Of a DNA stretch of 64,000 nt, positions 19,014 to 29,306 are shown one piece after another. Position 1 is the first letter of the stretch. Each line of letters opens with the position of its first letter. A program made the translations under genes and the position numbers. Below the pieces are notes generated by a model. The model searched no databases. It had not been told where the DNA came from and saw only the letters and a program-made list of their open reading frames with translations. The stretch covers positions 3,680,001 through 3,744,000 of the forward strand of contig OZ242029.1 of the NCBI GenBank assembly GCA_965205015.1, in the 5' to 3' direction. This stretch comes from Candidatus Poribacteria bacterium (GTDB taxonomy: Bacteria > Poribacteria > WGA-4E > WGA-3G).

Positions 19014-22000
19014 TTACATATCAACAAACAACCTGAGCGTTTGTTGCAATTCAGTCAACATATTCGCACCAGTCACTCCCGGCATGCGAACCTTAAGTTG
19101 TGCCGGGGGTTGTAACTGGAGGTTCTTATTTTTGTGAACTATCTCAATGAATTTCTTCACATTAATTCGTGGCTTTCTTTCGTCAAAGGTAACCTTCACC
19201 TGCTCTTTCCCCGCAACAATAGCTGTGATACCGAGATGTTGGCTGAGTTGTTTGATGTCGGCGACCTCCAGCAACATTTCAGCAGGCTCGGGTATCGCCC
19301 CGTATCGGTCCTTCAACTCCTCACGAAGTTCATTAAGTGCCTCCCGATCTTTCAATCCAGCGATTTTTTTATAGATAGAGACCTTTTGACGACTATCCGG
19401 GACATAGGCATCCGGCAGATACGCTTCAACGGGTAGATTGATGCGTGTTTCCACGGTTTCCTCAACCTTTTCACCCTTGAGTGCCATCACCGCTTCCTCA
19501 AGAAGTCTACAATACAGTTCATAACCGACGGTGACGATATGTCCGTGCTGTTCGGCGCCGAGGATGTTGCCGGCACCGCGAATCTCTAAATCTCGAAGGG
19601 CTATTTTGAAACCTGAACCGAGGTCTGTAAATTCTTCGATAACGCGAAGCCGTTTTTGCGCGCCCTCCGTGATTGCTCGATCCTGTGGATAGAAGAGATA
19701 TCCGTAAGCTTGCGCCGTCGCGCGCCCGACGCGTCCTCGTAACTGATAGAGTTGTGCTAAACCGAGTGCATCCGCCCGATTAATGAGGATCGTGTTAACG
19801 TTGGGAATATCCAGTCCGGATTCAATAATCATTGTGCAGACCAGAATGTCATGTTTGTGCCGCACAAACTCCAGCATAATGGTTTCTAATTCACGTTCAG
19901 GCATCTGCCCATGTGCCACGGCAATGCGGGCATCCGGCGCCAGTTGTTGAATGGTTAAAGCGATACTCTGGATGTCTTGAACGCGATTGTGGACAAAAAA
20001 CACCTGTCCGCCGCGCCCTAATTCTGTCGTGATGGCTTCCCGAATCACGTCACTGTCGTAAGGCATAACGTACGTTTGGATCGGTAACCGATCGGCTGGG
20101 GGGGTGTTAATGACACTAAAGTCCCGAATCCCAACAAGCGACATGTGGAGCGTACGTGGAATCGGCGTAGCGGTCAATGTAAGGACATCAACGGTTTCTT
20201 TAAATTGTTTTATTTTCTCTTTATGCTTAACGCCGAAACGATGTTCTTCGTCAACTATTAAGAGTCCGAGGTTGTCGAACGCAACCGTTTTGGAAAGTAG
20301 ACTGTGTGTCCCAATAACAACATCAACCGCACCTTTCGCCAATCCCTCTTTAATCTGTTTTATCTCTTTCGGTGTGCGGAACCGGTTTAACATTTCGATG
20401 TTGACGGGGAAGGGTTGAAAACGTTTTTCAAAAGTATCGTAGTGTTGGAGGGCGAGAATCGTCGTAGGTACAAGGACTGCCACCTGTTTCTCGGACATGA
20501 CGGCTTTGAAAGCGGCACGCAGGGCTATCTCGGTTTTTCCGTATCCTACATCTCCACAGACGAGCCGATCCATCGGGCGTTCATCTTCCATACCAGCTTT
20601 GACATCTTCGATGGCTTGGAGTTGGTCATCAGTCTCTTGATACGGAAAAAGTGCTTCAAATTCGGTCTGCCAAGGCACCTCAGTGGGGAAACTGAAGCCT
20701 TTGCGCGCTTGGCGGAGGGCATACAACTTGAGGAGTTCCCCCGCCATTTGTTCGATTGACTTTTTAACGCGTCCCTTTCGTCGACCCCAAGCAGCCCCAC
20801 CAAGACGATCGACACGGGGTTTATGGGAATTGTCTTTGCTACCGACATATTTCTGAACGAAGTCAACTTGATAGGTCGGTACGTAAAGGATGTCATCGGC
20901 ACTGTATCTGAGTATCAGAAAATCTTGGGACTTTCCATCAATTGCCAATCGGCGTATCCCATCATAGATAGCGATGCCGTGCGAGACGTGTACGACATAA
21001 TCCCCAACCTTTAGATCGATGAGGCTGAGAATTGGCGTTCCGTCTGTAGAAGGGCGGCGACGTATGGGACGGCGATGCTGACGACTGCCAAAGAGTTCAT
21101 CTTCGGAAATAACGACAAGATTCAGTGCTTCATTGAGAAACCCTTCACTAATTGTGCCGACACTGGTTTGAATATCTGGTGGAAATAATTCGCGTTCTGC
21201 TAAAATTTCAGATACACGCTTTGACTGTTGCGGCGTTTCACAGAAGACATGAATTCGGATGCCTTCTTCCGTCCACGTTTTCATCTGGTTGATAACCGTT
21301 TGATAGTTGCCAGATGGTAATGCCAGCGGTTGCATCTCAAAATGCAAGGGCGATCTCTGATTGTCCATGGCCTCACGCGGTGGTGCTAAGGACGATGAAA
21401 TAACTGGATACTTCTCGAACGCAGCGGTGAGTGTTTCAAAGGGGGCGAGAAGTTTATCCGGTGGGACCATGAGGTTGGACGCCTCCAACTTCTTCTGGTA
21501 CAGCTCCTGCAGTTGCTCGTGCATGTGCGAGGCTTCACGCTTCTGCCATTGTGGTTCAATGCGGCAGACAATTGTGTCATTGGGCAGATAATCGGAGAGC
21601 AATTCGGTTTCTGGAACGAGCATGGGCAGAAAGCCTTCTATGCCGTCATTCAGTGGGCATTCCTGAAGCTGATATTGAGAAGATGCCGCTTTTGTTAAAG
21701 ATTGTGTTATCTCCCGAACCGTGTTTATCAATTGTGGTGTTGCGTGTTCTTTGATGAGAGCATCCGCTTGGGTTTGCCAATGCTCGACCGATACATCAGT
21801 AGAAAGGACTTCCCGTAAGGGGGTAAGCGTGCTCGATTCGAGGGACTCCGTTGAACGTTGCGATATCGGATCGAAGGCACGGATCGTATCAACTTCATCG
21901 CCAAAGAACTCAACCCGAATAGGCGTATCGGCAGTAAGCGGATAGACATCTAAGATATCGCCTCTGCGCGCAAATTCGCCTTTGACTTCTACCAGTTCAA

Positions 22001-22526
22001 CGTTTTGGTAGCCTTCTCGGATCAGCATCGCTGCGACATCGTCCGGGTCTATCTCATCTCCGAGATTCAGGACGCGACATGCCTCGGCAAATCGGTGGCG
22101 CGGCGGGAGTCTGTAAAGTACCGCTTGACTTGATGTTACAATGATACTTCGTTCTTTATAGAGTAAGTGTTCCAGACATCGAAGTCGATCTGCGACGGTT
22201 TCCTTGGGCGGCGCGATGCCATCAAAAATCTTTCGGGACCACCCTGGAAACAGATTTATCTTGGACTGCGCATCGAGCATAGGTGTCGTTTCTGAAGCAG
22301 AGGACGCTGTGTATGCGCAAATTTCTTCTAAAACTTGCTCGGCTTCACGGTGTGAAGGCAGGATAATCAGGAAGGATTTTTTAGGAAAATCGTCGATGAG
22401 GGCTGCCAAAAGATACGCGGTTGATGCGTTTGCCAATCCTCTGAGCCACGGGAGTTTCTGGTTTCCATCTTTAAGGCGTGCCACCAGCGTTTGATAATTT
22501 TCCGTTTTACGTAAAAACTCTATCAC
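19014..22526 (-). CDS. mfd: transcription-repair coupling factor
   Basis: GEFARRGDILDVYP, GDYVVHVSHGI, CGDVGYGKTE, DEEH, QLRGRVGR, TRCF C-domain. Likely GTG start at 22526. Confidence 0.97.
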   Translation of the reverse strand: MIEFLRKTENYQTLVARLKDGNQKLPWLRGLANASTAYLLAALIDDFPKKSFLIILPSHREAEQVLEEICAYTASSASETTPMLDAQSKINLFPGWSRKIFDGIAPPKETVADRLRCLEHLLYKERSIIVTSSQAVLYRLPPRHRFAEACRVLNLGDEIDPDDVAAMLIREGYQNVELVEVKGEFARRGDILDVYPLTADTPIRVEFFGDEVDTIRAFDPISQRSTESLESSTLTPLREVLSTDVSVEHWQTQADALIKEHATPQLINTVREITQSLTKAASSQYQLQECPLNDGIEGFLPMLVPETELLSDYLPNDTIVCRIEPQWQKREASHMHEQLQELYQKKLEASNLMVPPDKLLAPFETLTAAFEKYPVISSSLAPPREAMDNQRSPLHFEMQPLALPSGNYQTVINQMKTWTEEGIRIHVFCETPQQSKRVSEILAERELFPPDIQTSVGTISEGFLNEALNLVVISEDELFGSRQHRRPIRRRPSTDGTPILSLIDLKVGDYVVHVSHGIAIYDGIRRLAIDGKSQDFLILRYSADDILYVPTYQVDFVQKYVGSKDNSHKPRVDRLGGAAWGRRKGRVKKSIEQMAGELLKLYALRQARKGFSFPTEVPWQTEFEALFPYQETDDQLQAIEDVKAGMEDERPMDRLVCGDVGYGKTEIALRAAFKAVMSEKQVAVLVPTTILALQHYDTFEKRFQPFPVNIEMLNRFRTPKEIKQIKEGLAKGAVDVVIGTHSLLSKTVAFDNLGLLIVDEEHRFGVKHKEKIKQFKETVDVLTLTATPIPRTLHMSLVGIRDFSVINTPPADRLPIQTYVMPYDSDVIREAITTELGRGGQVFFVHNRVQDIQSIALTIQQLAPDARIAVAHGQMPERELETIMLEFVRHKHDILVCTMIIESGLDIPNVNTILINRADALGLAQLYQLRGRVGRATAQAYGYLFYPQDRAITEGAQKRLRVIEEFTDLGSGFKIALRDLEIRGAGNILGAEQHGHIVTVGYELYCRLLEEAVMALKGEKVEETVETRINLPVEAYLPDAYVPDSRQKVSIYKKIAGLKDREALNELREELKDRYGAIPEPAEMLLEVADIKQLSQHLGITAIVAGKEQVKVTFDERKPRINVKKFIEIVHKNKNLQLQPPAQLKVRMPGVTGANMLTELQQTLRLFVDM

Positions 22527-22687
22527 TATTTTTAATGTTCCTTGCGGATTTTTAATTTTACCTTGCGGAGAAGCGACGTGCATTTCAATTTTTACGTGCG
22601 TTCCTTAACTCCGCCTTCCTTTTTATTTCAGGCTACGGTTCCGTTCCTATTGCATCGTAGGTTTTAGAATTACAGAGTGGGTAACCT

Positions 22688-23464
22688 TCAGTCCGAGAGT
22701 TTGGTAAATTCGATATCGGTTAAGGTGATTTTTACTGTCAATTGTCCTATCTTGCTCTCTGCTTTGACAGGTAACCGACGTTCATCGTCCGTGAGCCAGA
22801 AGCGATCGCCTGCTGAAGTTTGGAGGACGAGCGTTTTGACCATACCCAATGCCTTACTTTTTACTATCGCTCTACGCTCAACAGTGAGCGTAACCTTCTG
22901 GACTTTTCCCTTGGCGATAATCGGAAAGAAATAAGTTTTACCGAGTTCAAATTCTTTAGAACGTAGGAAGTAGAGCGTTGACAACTCATCCTGCGTGCCA
23001 ACGGGTATTTCTATGACCTTTGTCTCGCGTTTTTCAGGCGACTTCGGCTTCGGACGAGAGATTTTTTCATATTCTGCCGTTTCTTCTCGAAAATCAACTG
23101 TGACGGTGGCACGATATTTTTGGTCCCGCAACTGGTTCTGAAATCGGACCGGTGAGAGGGTCATCGGGTTTAAGTACGTCTCCTCTTGTCTCTGAAAACT
23201 ATAGACTCTGAAAAGTGAACGGGTTTTCATTTCAGACTGGATGTGGTAAACAGCCTTCCCGTTCAGCGATGTCTCTTTGGCGATCCAGTCCGTTCGTCGG
23301 GCGGCAGGTATTTTTTTCCAACTGATATCGTATGTTAATTTTTCTCCTACCCTTAGCGGACTCGGAGCGATGTCTGGACTTTCAACAAGTGAACGGGAGG
23401 CACTATTTACGGCAAGCGTCCCTATGAGCAAAAAGATGAAAATTAAATGCTTTGCATACTGCAA
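22688..23464 (-). CDS. DUF3108-like exported protein
   Basis: GEKLTYDISW, QDELSTLYFLR, FWLTDDERRLPVK. Confidence 0.75.
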   Translation of the reverse strand: MQYAKHLIFIFLLIGTLAVNSASRSLVESPDIAPSPLRVGEKLTYDISWKKIPAARRTDWIAKETSLNGKAVYHIQSEMKTRSLFRVYSFQRQEETYLNPMTLSPVRFQNQLRDQKYRATVTVDFREETAEYEKISRPKPKSPEKRETKVIEIPVGTQDELSTLYFLRSKEFELGKTYFFPIIAKGKVQKVTLTVERRAIVKSKALGMVKTLVLQTSAGDRFWLTDDERRLPVKAESKIGQLTVKITLTDIEFTKLSD

Positions 23465-23494
23465 ACTTTTTGTCCTTTTTTAATTATACCTTTA

Positions 23495-24151
23495 TTAGAA
23501 TCTATGCGTAAAGATTAGAGAACTGATACCATTATCCCTTTGTTGCACGTGGACGGAAAATCTTCGATTATTATACGCTTCGGCTGTCTTCGGGGCATCA
23601 AGGATATTCCAAATGTGGATTCCGATACCTGTTGCGAGAAGAACACCGCTGAAAAATGCATGGTTCTTCATCCGAGTGCGTCCTTGCTCGTACGTTAAGA
23701 ATTCACCCGTTCGGATGTCTTGGAATCCTGTCTCAAAAACACCTTGGTCGTTGTAATGCAAGGCGCGTGCGATGTTATAGCCAGCAAGTGCAAAGGTTCC
23801 TAACTCAGCCGTCAGGAAAAATGTCGCTTTTGTATAATTGCCGGCGTAAGCCTGCCCCAATCCGGGCATAAAAGTTGACAACCGTGATGCTTTTTTCAGA
23901 TCAAGCGGTGGATAGTACCGTTCTGCGTGTGACCGAAACAGTGGATACTCCGATTCAGTTTCAGAAGTATCCGACAAATAGTTACGCAGAAATGGTTGCG
24001 TTTTTTGATTTTTCGCGTCAGACTTCTCATCAATGGCCGCGGTTTCAGCGTTTACCGATACAGAACCGGAGATGAAAAGTAGCAGAAACGCAAGTAGCAT
24101 GCAGAGAGGCGGCATCCACACCGCCTCAACTTTTTTTAACATGAAGTGCAC
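23495..24151 (-). CDS. membrane protein (PGLGQxY motif, DUF5683-like)
   Basis: LSTFMPGLGQAYAGNYTK...WNILDA. Confidence 0.6.
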   Translation of the reverse strand: MHFMLKKVEAVWMPPLCMLLAFLLLFISGSVSVNAETAAIDEKSDAKNQKTQPFLRNYLSDTSETESEYPLFRSHAERYYPPLDLKKASRLSTFMPGLGQAYAGNYTKATFFLTAELGTFALAGYNIARALHYNDQGVFETGFQDIRTGEFLTYEQGRTRMKNHAFFSGVLLATGIGIHIWNILDAPKTAEAYNNRRFSVHVQQRDNGISSLIFTHRF

Positions 24152-24154
24152 TCC

Positions 24155-24952
24155 TTATTGAAGTATCTTGAGAGATGGTGCCAATTGGACGTTTTCTGGC
24201 TCGGTTTGGTATGCCCAATCGAAGATGACAGCATCATCAGAAAGTTTGCGGACCTGAATTTTGGCGAAGTTTCCATCAGGTGTATAGATCGCATAGATAT
24301 GCTTCTCAATGAGTTCAACAAATAGCGTCGTATACCCAAATTCCGGAACAATATCAACCCCATCAAAGTATTCATGATACCCCAAATCTTGCATGAACGT
24401 GTCATTATCAGAATAGAGGTACTTGACGTTTACCTCGGTATCAAAGCCGAAATAGACATCGGTCGCGGGTGTGTCCCACGGGATACTCCCTTTTTCTGGT
24501 CGAGAGAAATCAAATCCGCTTCTTCCAGGGGCAAGATTGTAGTCATCCAGAACGACGTTCTGCCCTTCTGGTCGGGGTGTATCCCAAGCATCTTCGGGGC
24601 TCAACTTGCTCTCGTTCCCGTCAATATCATAAGCGGAAACGGCGTAATGGTACGTCTCTCCATTTCGCACTGTCGTATCTGTATAACGCGTGGTATTTTC
24701 CGACACCTCTACTAATGCATTAAAATCTGTGTCGTTGCGTCCACGCCACACTGTGTAACCCGCCAAGTCATATTCGCCATTTGGGTACCACTCGACGATG
24801 ACTTGCTCATCGCCTGTGATGGTTCTGACCCCGCGCGGCGTCGCGGGCGGCTCATCATCTGTATTGCTGGTATCAACGTAACATCCACTAATATTGCCAA
24901 GCAAGATAATGAAGAGTAGTGTTGTGAGAATTCCGTTAATTTGGACTAACAT
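24155..24952 (-). CDS. lipoprotein with fibronectin type III domain
   Basis: Lipobox ISGC; PPATPRGV...DLAGYTVWR...YHYAVSAYDIDGNES. Confidence 0.75.
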   Translation of the reverse strand: MLVQINGILTTLLFIILLGNISGCYVDTSNTDDEPPATPRGVRTITGDEQVIVEWYPNGEYDLAGYTVWRGRNDTDFNALVEVSENTTRYTDTTVRNGETYHYAVSAYDIDGNESKLSPEDAWDTPRPEGQNVVLDDYNLAPGRSGFDFSRPEKGSIPWDTPATDVYFGFDTEVNVKYLYSDNDTFMQDLGYHEYFDGVDIVPEFGYTTLFVELIEKHIYAIYTPDGNFAKIQVRKLSDDAVIFDWAYQTEPENVQLAPSLKILQ

Positions 24953-25244
24953 GTTTTATTTCCTCCAGAGTTTGAATTGTGTTGAACTCTGTAACGGATA
25001 TCCTCCTAAATGTGTTGACAGACCTTATAAAATAATATCACAAAAGGCTTGGGAATGCAAGTGAAAATTTCCTGAAGTCTGAGTTGTGATTTATGTGATT
25101 TGTGTGATTTACCGTGATTGTAACAGTCCGTGAGGGAGTTGTCTGAATCAGGATTCTCAGGATTTGTAAGATTATTGACACGCCACTTTGATTGTGATAG
25201 GATACGAAGAAAGATTTCATACCAATCTATATGAAGGAGACACA

Positions 25245-25742
25245 ATGAAAACGCTCCTGATTCTGCGGCATGCCAAATCCAGTTGGAAGTATCCAGAACT
25301 CTCTGATTATGATCGACCTCTCAATAGACGGGGTAAACGGGACGCCCCGCGCATGGGGAAATTTCTGCGGGAACAAGGAGTGACGCCTGACAGGATCCTC
25401 ACTTCATCGGCAAAGCGCGCGAGGAACACCGCGAGTCGCGTCGCAAAAACGTGCGGTTATCCGGGCAAAGTTAAAAAGTTAGATACGTTTTATGATGCTG
25501 TCGTTGGAATTTACTATGAAACGCTACAAACAGTGCCAGACAAATATCAGCGTGTCATGGTCGTCGGGCATAATCCGACAATGGAACAACTCGTGAATTA
25601 TTTGACTGGAGAGTTCAGACGGATGCCAACCGCTGCACTTGCCCATATCGAACTCCCCATCCAAGGTTGGGAAGCACTGGACTTGAATACAGTAGGAACG
25701 TTAGTCAATTTATGGACACCCAAAACACTTTTCACCGATTGA
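25245..25742 (+). CDS. sixA: phosphohistidine phosphatase SixA family
   Basis: LRHAKS, DRPLN.RG, VVGHNP; RBS AAGGAG. Confidence 0.88.
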   Translation: MKTLLILRHAKSSWKYPELSDYDRPLNRRGKRDAPRMGKFLREQGVTPDRILTSSAKRARNTASRVAKTCGYPGKVKKLDTFYDAVVGIYYETLQTVPDKYQRVMVVGHNPTMEQLVNYLTGEFRRMPTAALAHIELPIQGWEALDLNTVGTLVNLWTPKTLFTD

Positions 25743-27106
25743 GCCCATTGTTATTAGGCGTGCTTCTTTTCCTGTTTGTGGGCTTTTGCACACTCTGTAA
25801 ATTTTCGTCGGCTGAAATCCCGGTTTCAACAGCGAAAGACGGGCAATTCCTCCCGTGGGTCGTGGACGATGGTGACGGGGGCGTTGTTGTCATGTGGGAG
25901 GATTACCGGACGGGTCGGGATTGGGATGTCTACGGGCAGCGTGTTGATAGCAGCGGCACACCGCGCTGGGAGGAGAATGGGGTCGCAATCTGTAAGGCGG
26001 ATCGGAATCAACGTCGCTTACGAATGATTCGGCACGAAGCGCACGCGATCGTTGTTTGGAACGATCGGCGCGACAGAAGTAATTGGGATATCTATGCCCA
26101 AGCGGTGAATCTTGAAGGGGAGGTGCTTTGGCAAACAGATGGGATCCCTGTCTGTGTAAATGGGGCGGATCAATCCACGCAAGCGATTTTGAGTGACGGT
26201 GAAGGCGGGGCGATCTGCGTTTGGGAAGATGAACGTCGAAGTTCCGAATTCCAAGATCTGTACATCCAACGGATCACTGCGAAAGGCGAAACGCTGTGGA
26301 AACCTAACGGGATACCCGTTTTCCCGTCAGAATCCCTCCAGAGCGATCCGATTCTGCTTGCAGATGGGACGGGGGGTTTTTATATTGTTTGGTGGGATGT
26401 CATTGGGTATGACGCTTGGCATATCATGGCATACCGACTGAGCTTAGATGCAGAACCGTTGTGGGACGCACCGCGCCTCATTTCGCCAGCAGAAGGGGTG
26501 CAAGGCGAGCCGCGGGTGATCGCCGATGGTGAAGGCGGATTTATCGTTCTGTGGCAGGTTTACGAAAATTTTATTAACGATCAGCTTTACGCCCAGCGGG
26601 TTGCCCCTGACGGTCGCAAGGTGTGGGAGGATAAGGGTGTTCCTATCTGCACGGCGCCGGGTATCCAGAAACACGCTTCGGTTGCGAGCGACGGCGACGG
26701 CGGTTTTATCGTCGTCTGGAGAGACGAGCGCGATGTCTATTCCGATTTATATATGCAGCGCGTCCGTGCCGATGGAAGTCTTGTCTGGAAGGAAGATGGT
26801 ATCCCGCTTTGCACAGCGGGTGGGCATCAGGACAAACCCTTCATCGTGCGAACTGCGGAGAACCGTTTCTCTGTGGTATGGTTGGACTATCGAGAGGACT
26901 TCGGTGAGGAGAGTAGTGATGCAATTTATCGTCAGCAAATTGATTTAGAAGGCAATTCGTTGTGGGAAAGAAACGGGGTCGCTGTTTCTACAAGGGCAGG
27001 GAAACATTATCCGCCGTTTGTGGTAACTGTTGGAGGGGGGAAGTGGATCGTTGTCTGGAGCAATACCCAGCAAGACAATGGTGATATTTATCTTAAACGG
27101 TTTTAA
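25712..27106 (+). CDS. exported repeat (beta-propeller-like) protein
   Basis: About 7 repeats of DGxGG.IVVW.D.R....DIYAQR......LW...G. Confidence 0.7.
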   Translation: MDTQNTFHRLSPLLLGVLLFLFVGFCTLCKFSSAEIPVSTAKDGQFLPWVVDDGDGGVVVMWEDYRTGRDWDVYGQRVDSSGTPRWEENGVAICKADRNQRRLRMIRHEAHAIVVWNDRRDRSNWDIYAQAVNLEGEVLWQTDGIPVCVNGADQSTQAILSDGEGGAICVWEDERRSSEFQDLYIQRITAKGETLWKPNGIPVFPSESLQSDPILLADGTGGFYIVWWDVIGYDAWHIMAYRLSLDAEPLWDAPRLISPAEGVQGEPRVIADGEGGFIVLWQVYENFINDQLYAQRVAPDGRKVWEDKGVPICTAPGIQKHASVASDGDGGFIVVWRDERDVYSDLYMQRVRADGSLVWKEDGIPLCTAGGHQDKPFIVRTAENRFSVVWLDYREDFGEESSDAIYRQQIDLEGNSLWERNGVAVSTRAGKHYPPFVVTVGGGKWIVVWSNTQQDNGDIYLKRF

Positions 27107-28980
27107 GTGGATTCTCTGCTCATCTCAATGAGATGCGCGCCTTCAAGCCCAGAACGGACATCTTCATCATAACTCGTCACGACGACTTGGTGTTCTTCGG
27201 CGAGTTGACGGATGAAATCGACCATCAATGCTTTCCGTTCTTCATCTAAGTGGAGCGTTGGGTCATCGAAGACAAAAAAGCCGGGATTGCCTAATACCTT
27301 GGCGAGGGCAACCTTGAAGCAGAGATAGAGGAACATCTTCTCACTGCCGCTGAGCAACATCAGACTCCGATCGACACCATCTATCGTGAGCGAAGGGAGT
27401 AAATGTTGGCGTTGGAGGTCGATTCGAGTTTGTCCCCCGCTCCCGCGAGAACTTGAAAAGAGTTGCATCTTTTCGAGCCAGTGGTGCAACTCCTCTTCAG
27501 CGGGTTTGAGGATTTGACGTTGGAGGGTTTCGATGGTTTTGTCCACCCCGGCGCAGGCGAGTTCTAAACTCAGGAGTGTCTTTTCAATTTTAGCGGCATC
27601 TCTGTTCGTTCGCTGGAGCGCGCCAAGCCTGTCTAAACGGACGGCTTCTTGCTGCTTGAGTCGGTCGAGACGTTTCCGCTCCTGATCAATTTGGACTTTC
27701 AGCTTCGGTTTGTCTATGCCAGTGGAGGTTTCAGAGGGCAATTGTTCGTCTTTTTGGATTCCCCTCTCCGTTAATCGGGAAGTCAGATCGCTGAGTTCCC
27801 TCTGAATTTCCTCGATTTCGCCGGTGTGTTGTTCAAATCGTGCTAAACGTCCCTGCAAAGTTTGAAGTCGTTGTTCAAGTTCCCGCCGACTCTTTAAATT
27901 CTCGGTTTCTGTCTCTAGTGATTGCTTGAGGGACTCCAATTCGGTGCAGCGTTGTGATTTTTCAATTCCTTTTTCGTCGATAATCTGTTGAACGACCTCG
28001 CGCTCAACCTCCTGATAACAGGTTGGACAGTGCTGTTCATTGTTCTCAATTAGGGTTCGGAGGGTGTTACAGACATTCGTCAACGCCGCAATTTGCGACT
28101 CAAGGCTGCCAATTTGTTGTATCAGTTCCTCCCGTTTCGCTTCTAATCCAGCGGCTCCCTGAATACTGGTCTCGATTTTAGTGATCATTTCTCGCAACGG
28201 ATCAATGCCTTTGAATCCGCGCAATGCCTCGTGTTGCTCGTGTGTGAGTAGGTCTAAACGTCTCTGTAAACGGCGCTGGTGCTGTAGCCATTCTACGATT
28301 AAGGCAGCATCGCCGGTTTCGGCACCGTAGGCGGCTTCTAAGCCTTTCAACTTTTCTTCAATGCGTTCGATTTCGGTTTGATCCACGTTCTGTGCATTGA
28401 ACCGCAAACTATTTTGGTGCGCACGAATCCTGCCCTGCTCCCGTTTCGCGATGCGGCGTGTGTCAATAAACCGCTCCCGTACTTCAATGAGTCTGTCGAT
28501 ACCGAGGAGTGTATGGAGAATATCGCGCCGACTCGTGGACTGACGGGCGAGGAACTCAAAAATCTCGCCTTCGCGGAGGAACGTGGTGAGGGCAAGCTGC
28601 TCGTGCATAATGCCGAATCGCTCTTGTAACAGTGTTTCCGTCACCCGAACACGGTTCTCATCGAAGACGATCTGCCACCCCCCGTTTTTTTCTGACCGGA
28701 GTTGGATACGTTTTCCCGTCGCTCGGTAGAGTAGATAGCGTTCACCCTCCGCGATGAATTGGAGACCCGCCGTGCCGCTATAGGCTTTGGCATTTTTTAT
28801 CGCGGCGGCATCCACGCGCGGGACGATCGGCTTGCCGGTTAGCGTGAAGAAGATCGCATTGACGAGCGTGCTTTTCCCACTGAAGTTGGGACCGAAAATG
28901 AGATTGATGCCGTTGTGAAGCGCAAAATCGCGCTGTTCAAAACAGCCGAAAGTCTTAAGACGGATCCGCTCTAACTGCAT
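27103..28980 (-). CDS. Rad50/SbcC-like SMC ATPase
   Basis: Walker A GPNFSGKST, coiled coil, zinc hook CPTC, LSGSE, FDDPTLHLD. Confidence 0.85.
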   Translation of the reverse strand: MQLERIRLKTFGCFEQRDFALHNGINLIFGPNFSGKSTLVNAIFFTLTGKPIVPRVDAAAIKNAKAYSGTAGLQFIAEGERYLLYRATGKRIQLRSEKNGGWQIVFDENRVRVTETLLQERFGIMHEQLALTTFLREGEIFEFLARQSTSRRDILHTLLGIDRLIEVRERFIDTRRIAKREQGRIRAHQNSLRFNAQNVDQTEIERIEEKLKGLEAAYGAETGDAALIVEWLQHQRRLQRRLDLLTHEQHEALRGFKGIDPLREMITKIETSIQGAAGLEAKREELIQQIGSLESQIAALTNVCNTLRTLIENNEQHCPTCYQEVEREVVQQIIDEKGIEKSQRCTELESLKQSLETETENLKSRRELEQRLQTLQGRLARFEQHTGEIEEIQRELSDLTSRLTERGIQKDEQLPSETSTGIDKPKLKVQIDQERKRLDRLKQQEAVRLDRLGALQRTNRDAAKIEKTLLSLELACAGVDKTIETLQRQILKPAEEELHHWLEKMQLFSSSRGSGGQTRIDLQRQHLLPSLTIDGVDRSLMLLSGSEKMFLYLCFKVALAKVLGNPGFFVFDDPTLHLDEERKALMVDFIRQLAEEHQVVVTSYDEDVRSGLEGAHLIEMSREST

Positions 28981-28981
28981 A

Positions 28982-29188
28982 TCAGGCGTCTCTCTTTTGA
29001 TGAATAAGATCGTAAAGCATTTGGGCTCGAACTTTCTCACGTCCGTTCGTCAAAGTCAGTTCAAATGCGCGCACAATCGCTTCAAGTTCAGCGGGACCGA
29101 GGTCTCTATATTTTTCTTCCCGCTGAATCAATTCCTCAATTTCCTTTTTGTAAATATGTTGTGTTTCGTTTTCGAGGGAGATATCCAT
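28982..29188 (-). CDS. small hypothetical protein directly upstream of the SMC ATPase
   Basis: 68-aa ORF whose stop lies 1 nt before the ATPase ATG. Confidence 0.5.
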   Translation of the reverse strand: MDISLENETQHIYKKEIEELIQREEKYRDLGPAELEAIVRAFELTLTNGREKVRAQMLYDLIHQKRDA

Positions 29189-29306
29189 TTTTAATTATAT
29201 CTTGCGGATAAATGACGTGCGCCTGAACTTTGACGGGTGCTTCTTAGATCCGCACTCCATTTCATTGCGTGCTAACGTTTTCGGTGTTTTGAAACTTAGT
29301 TTCTTT

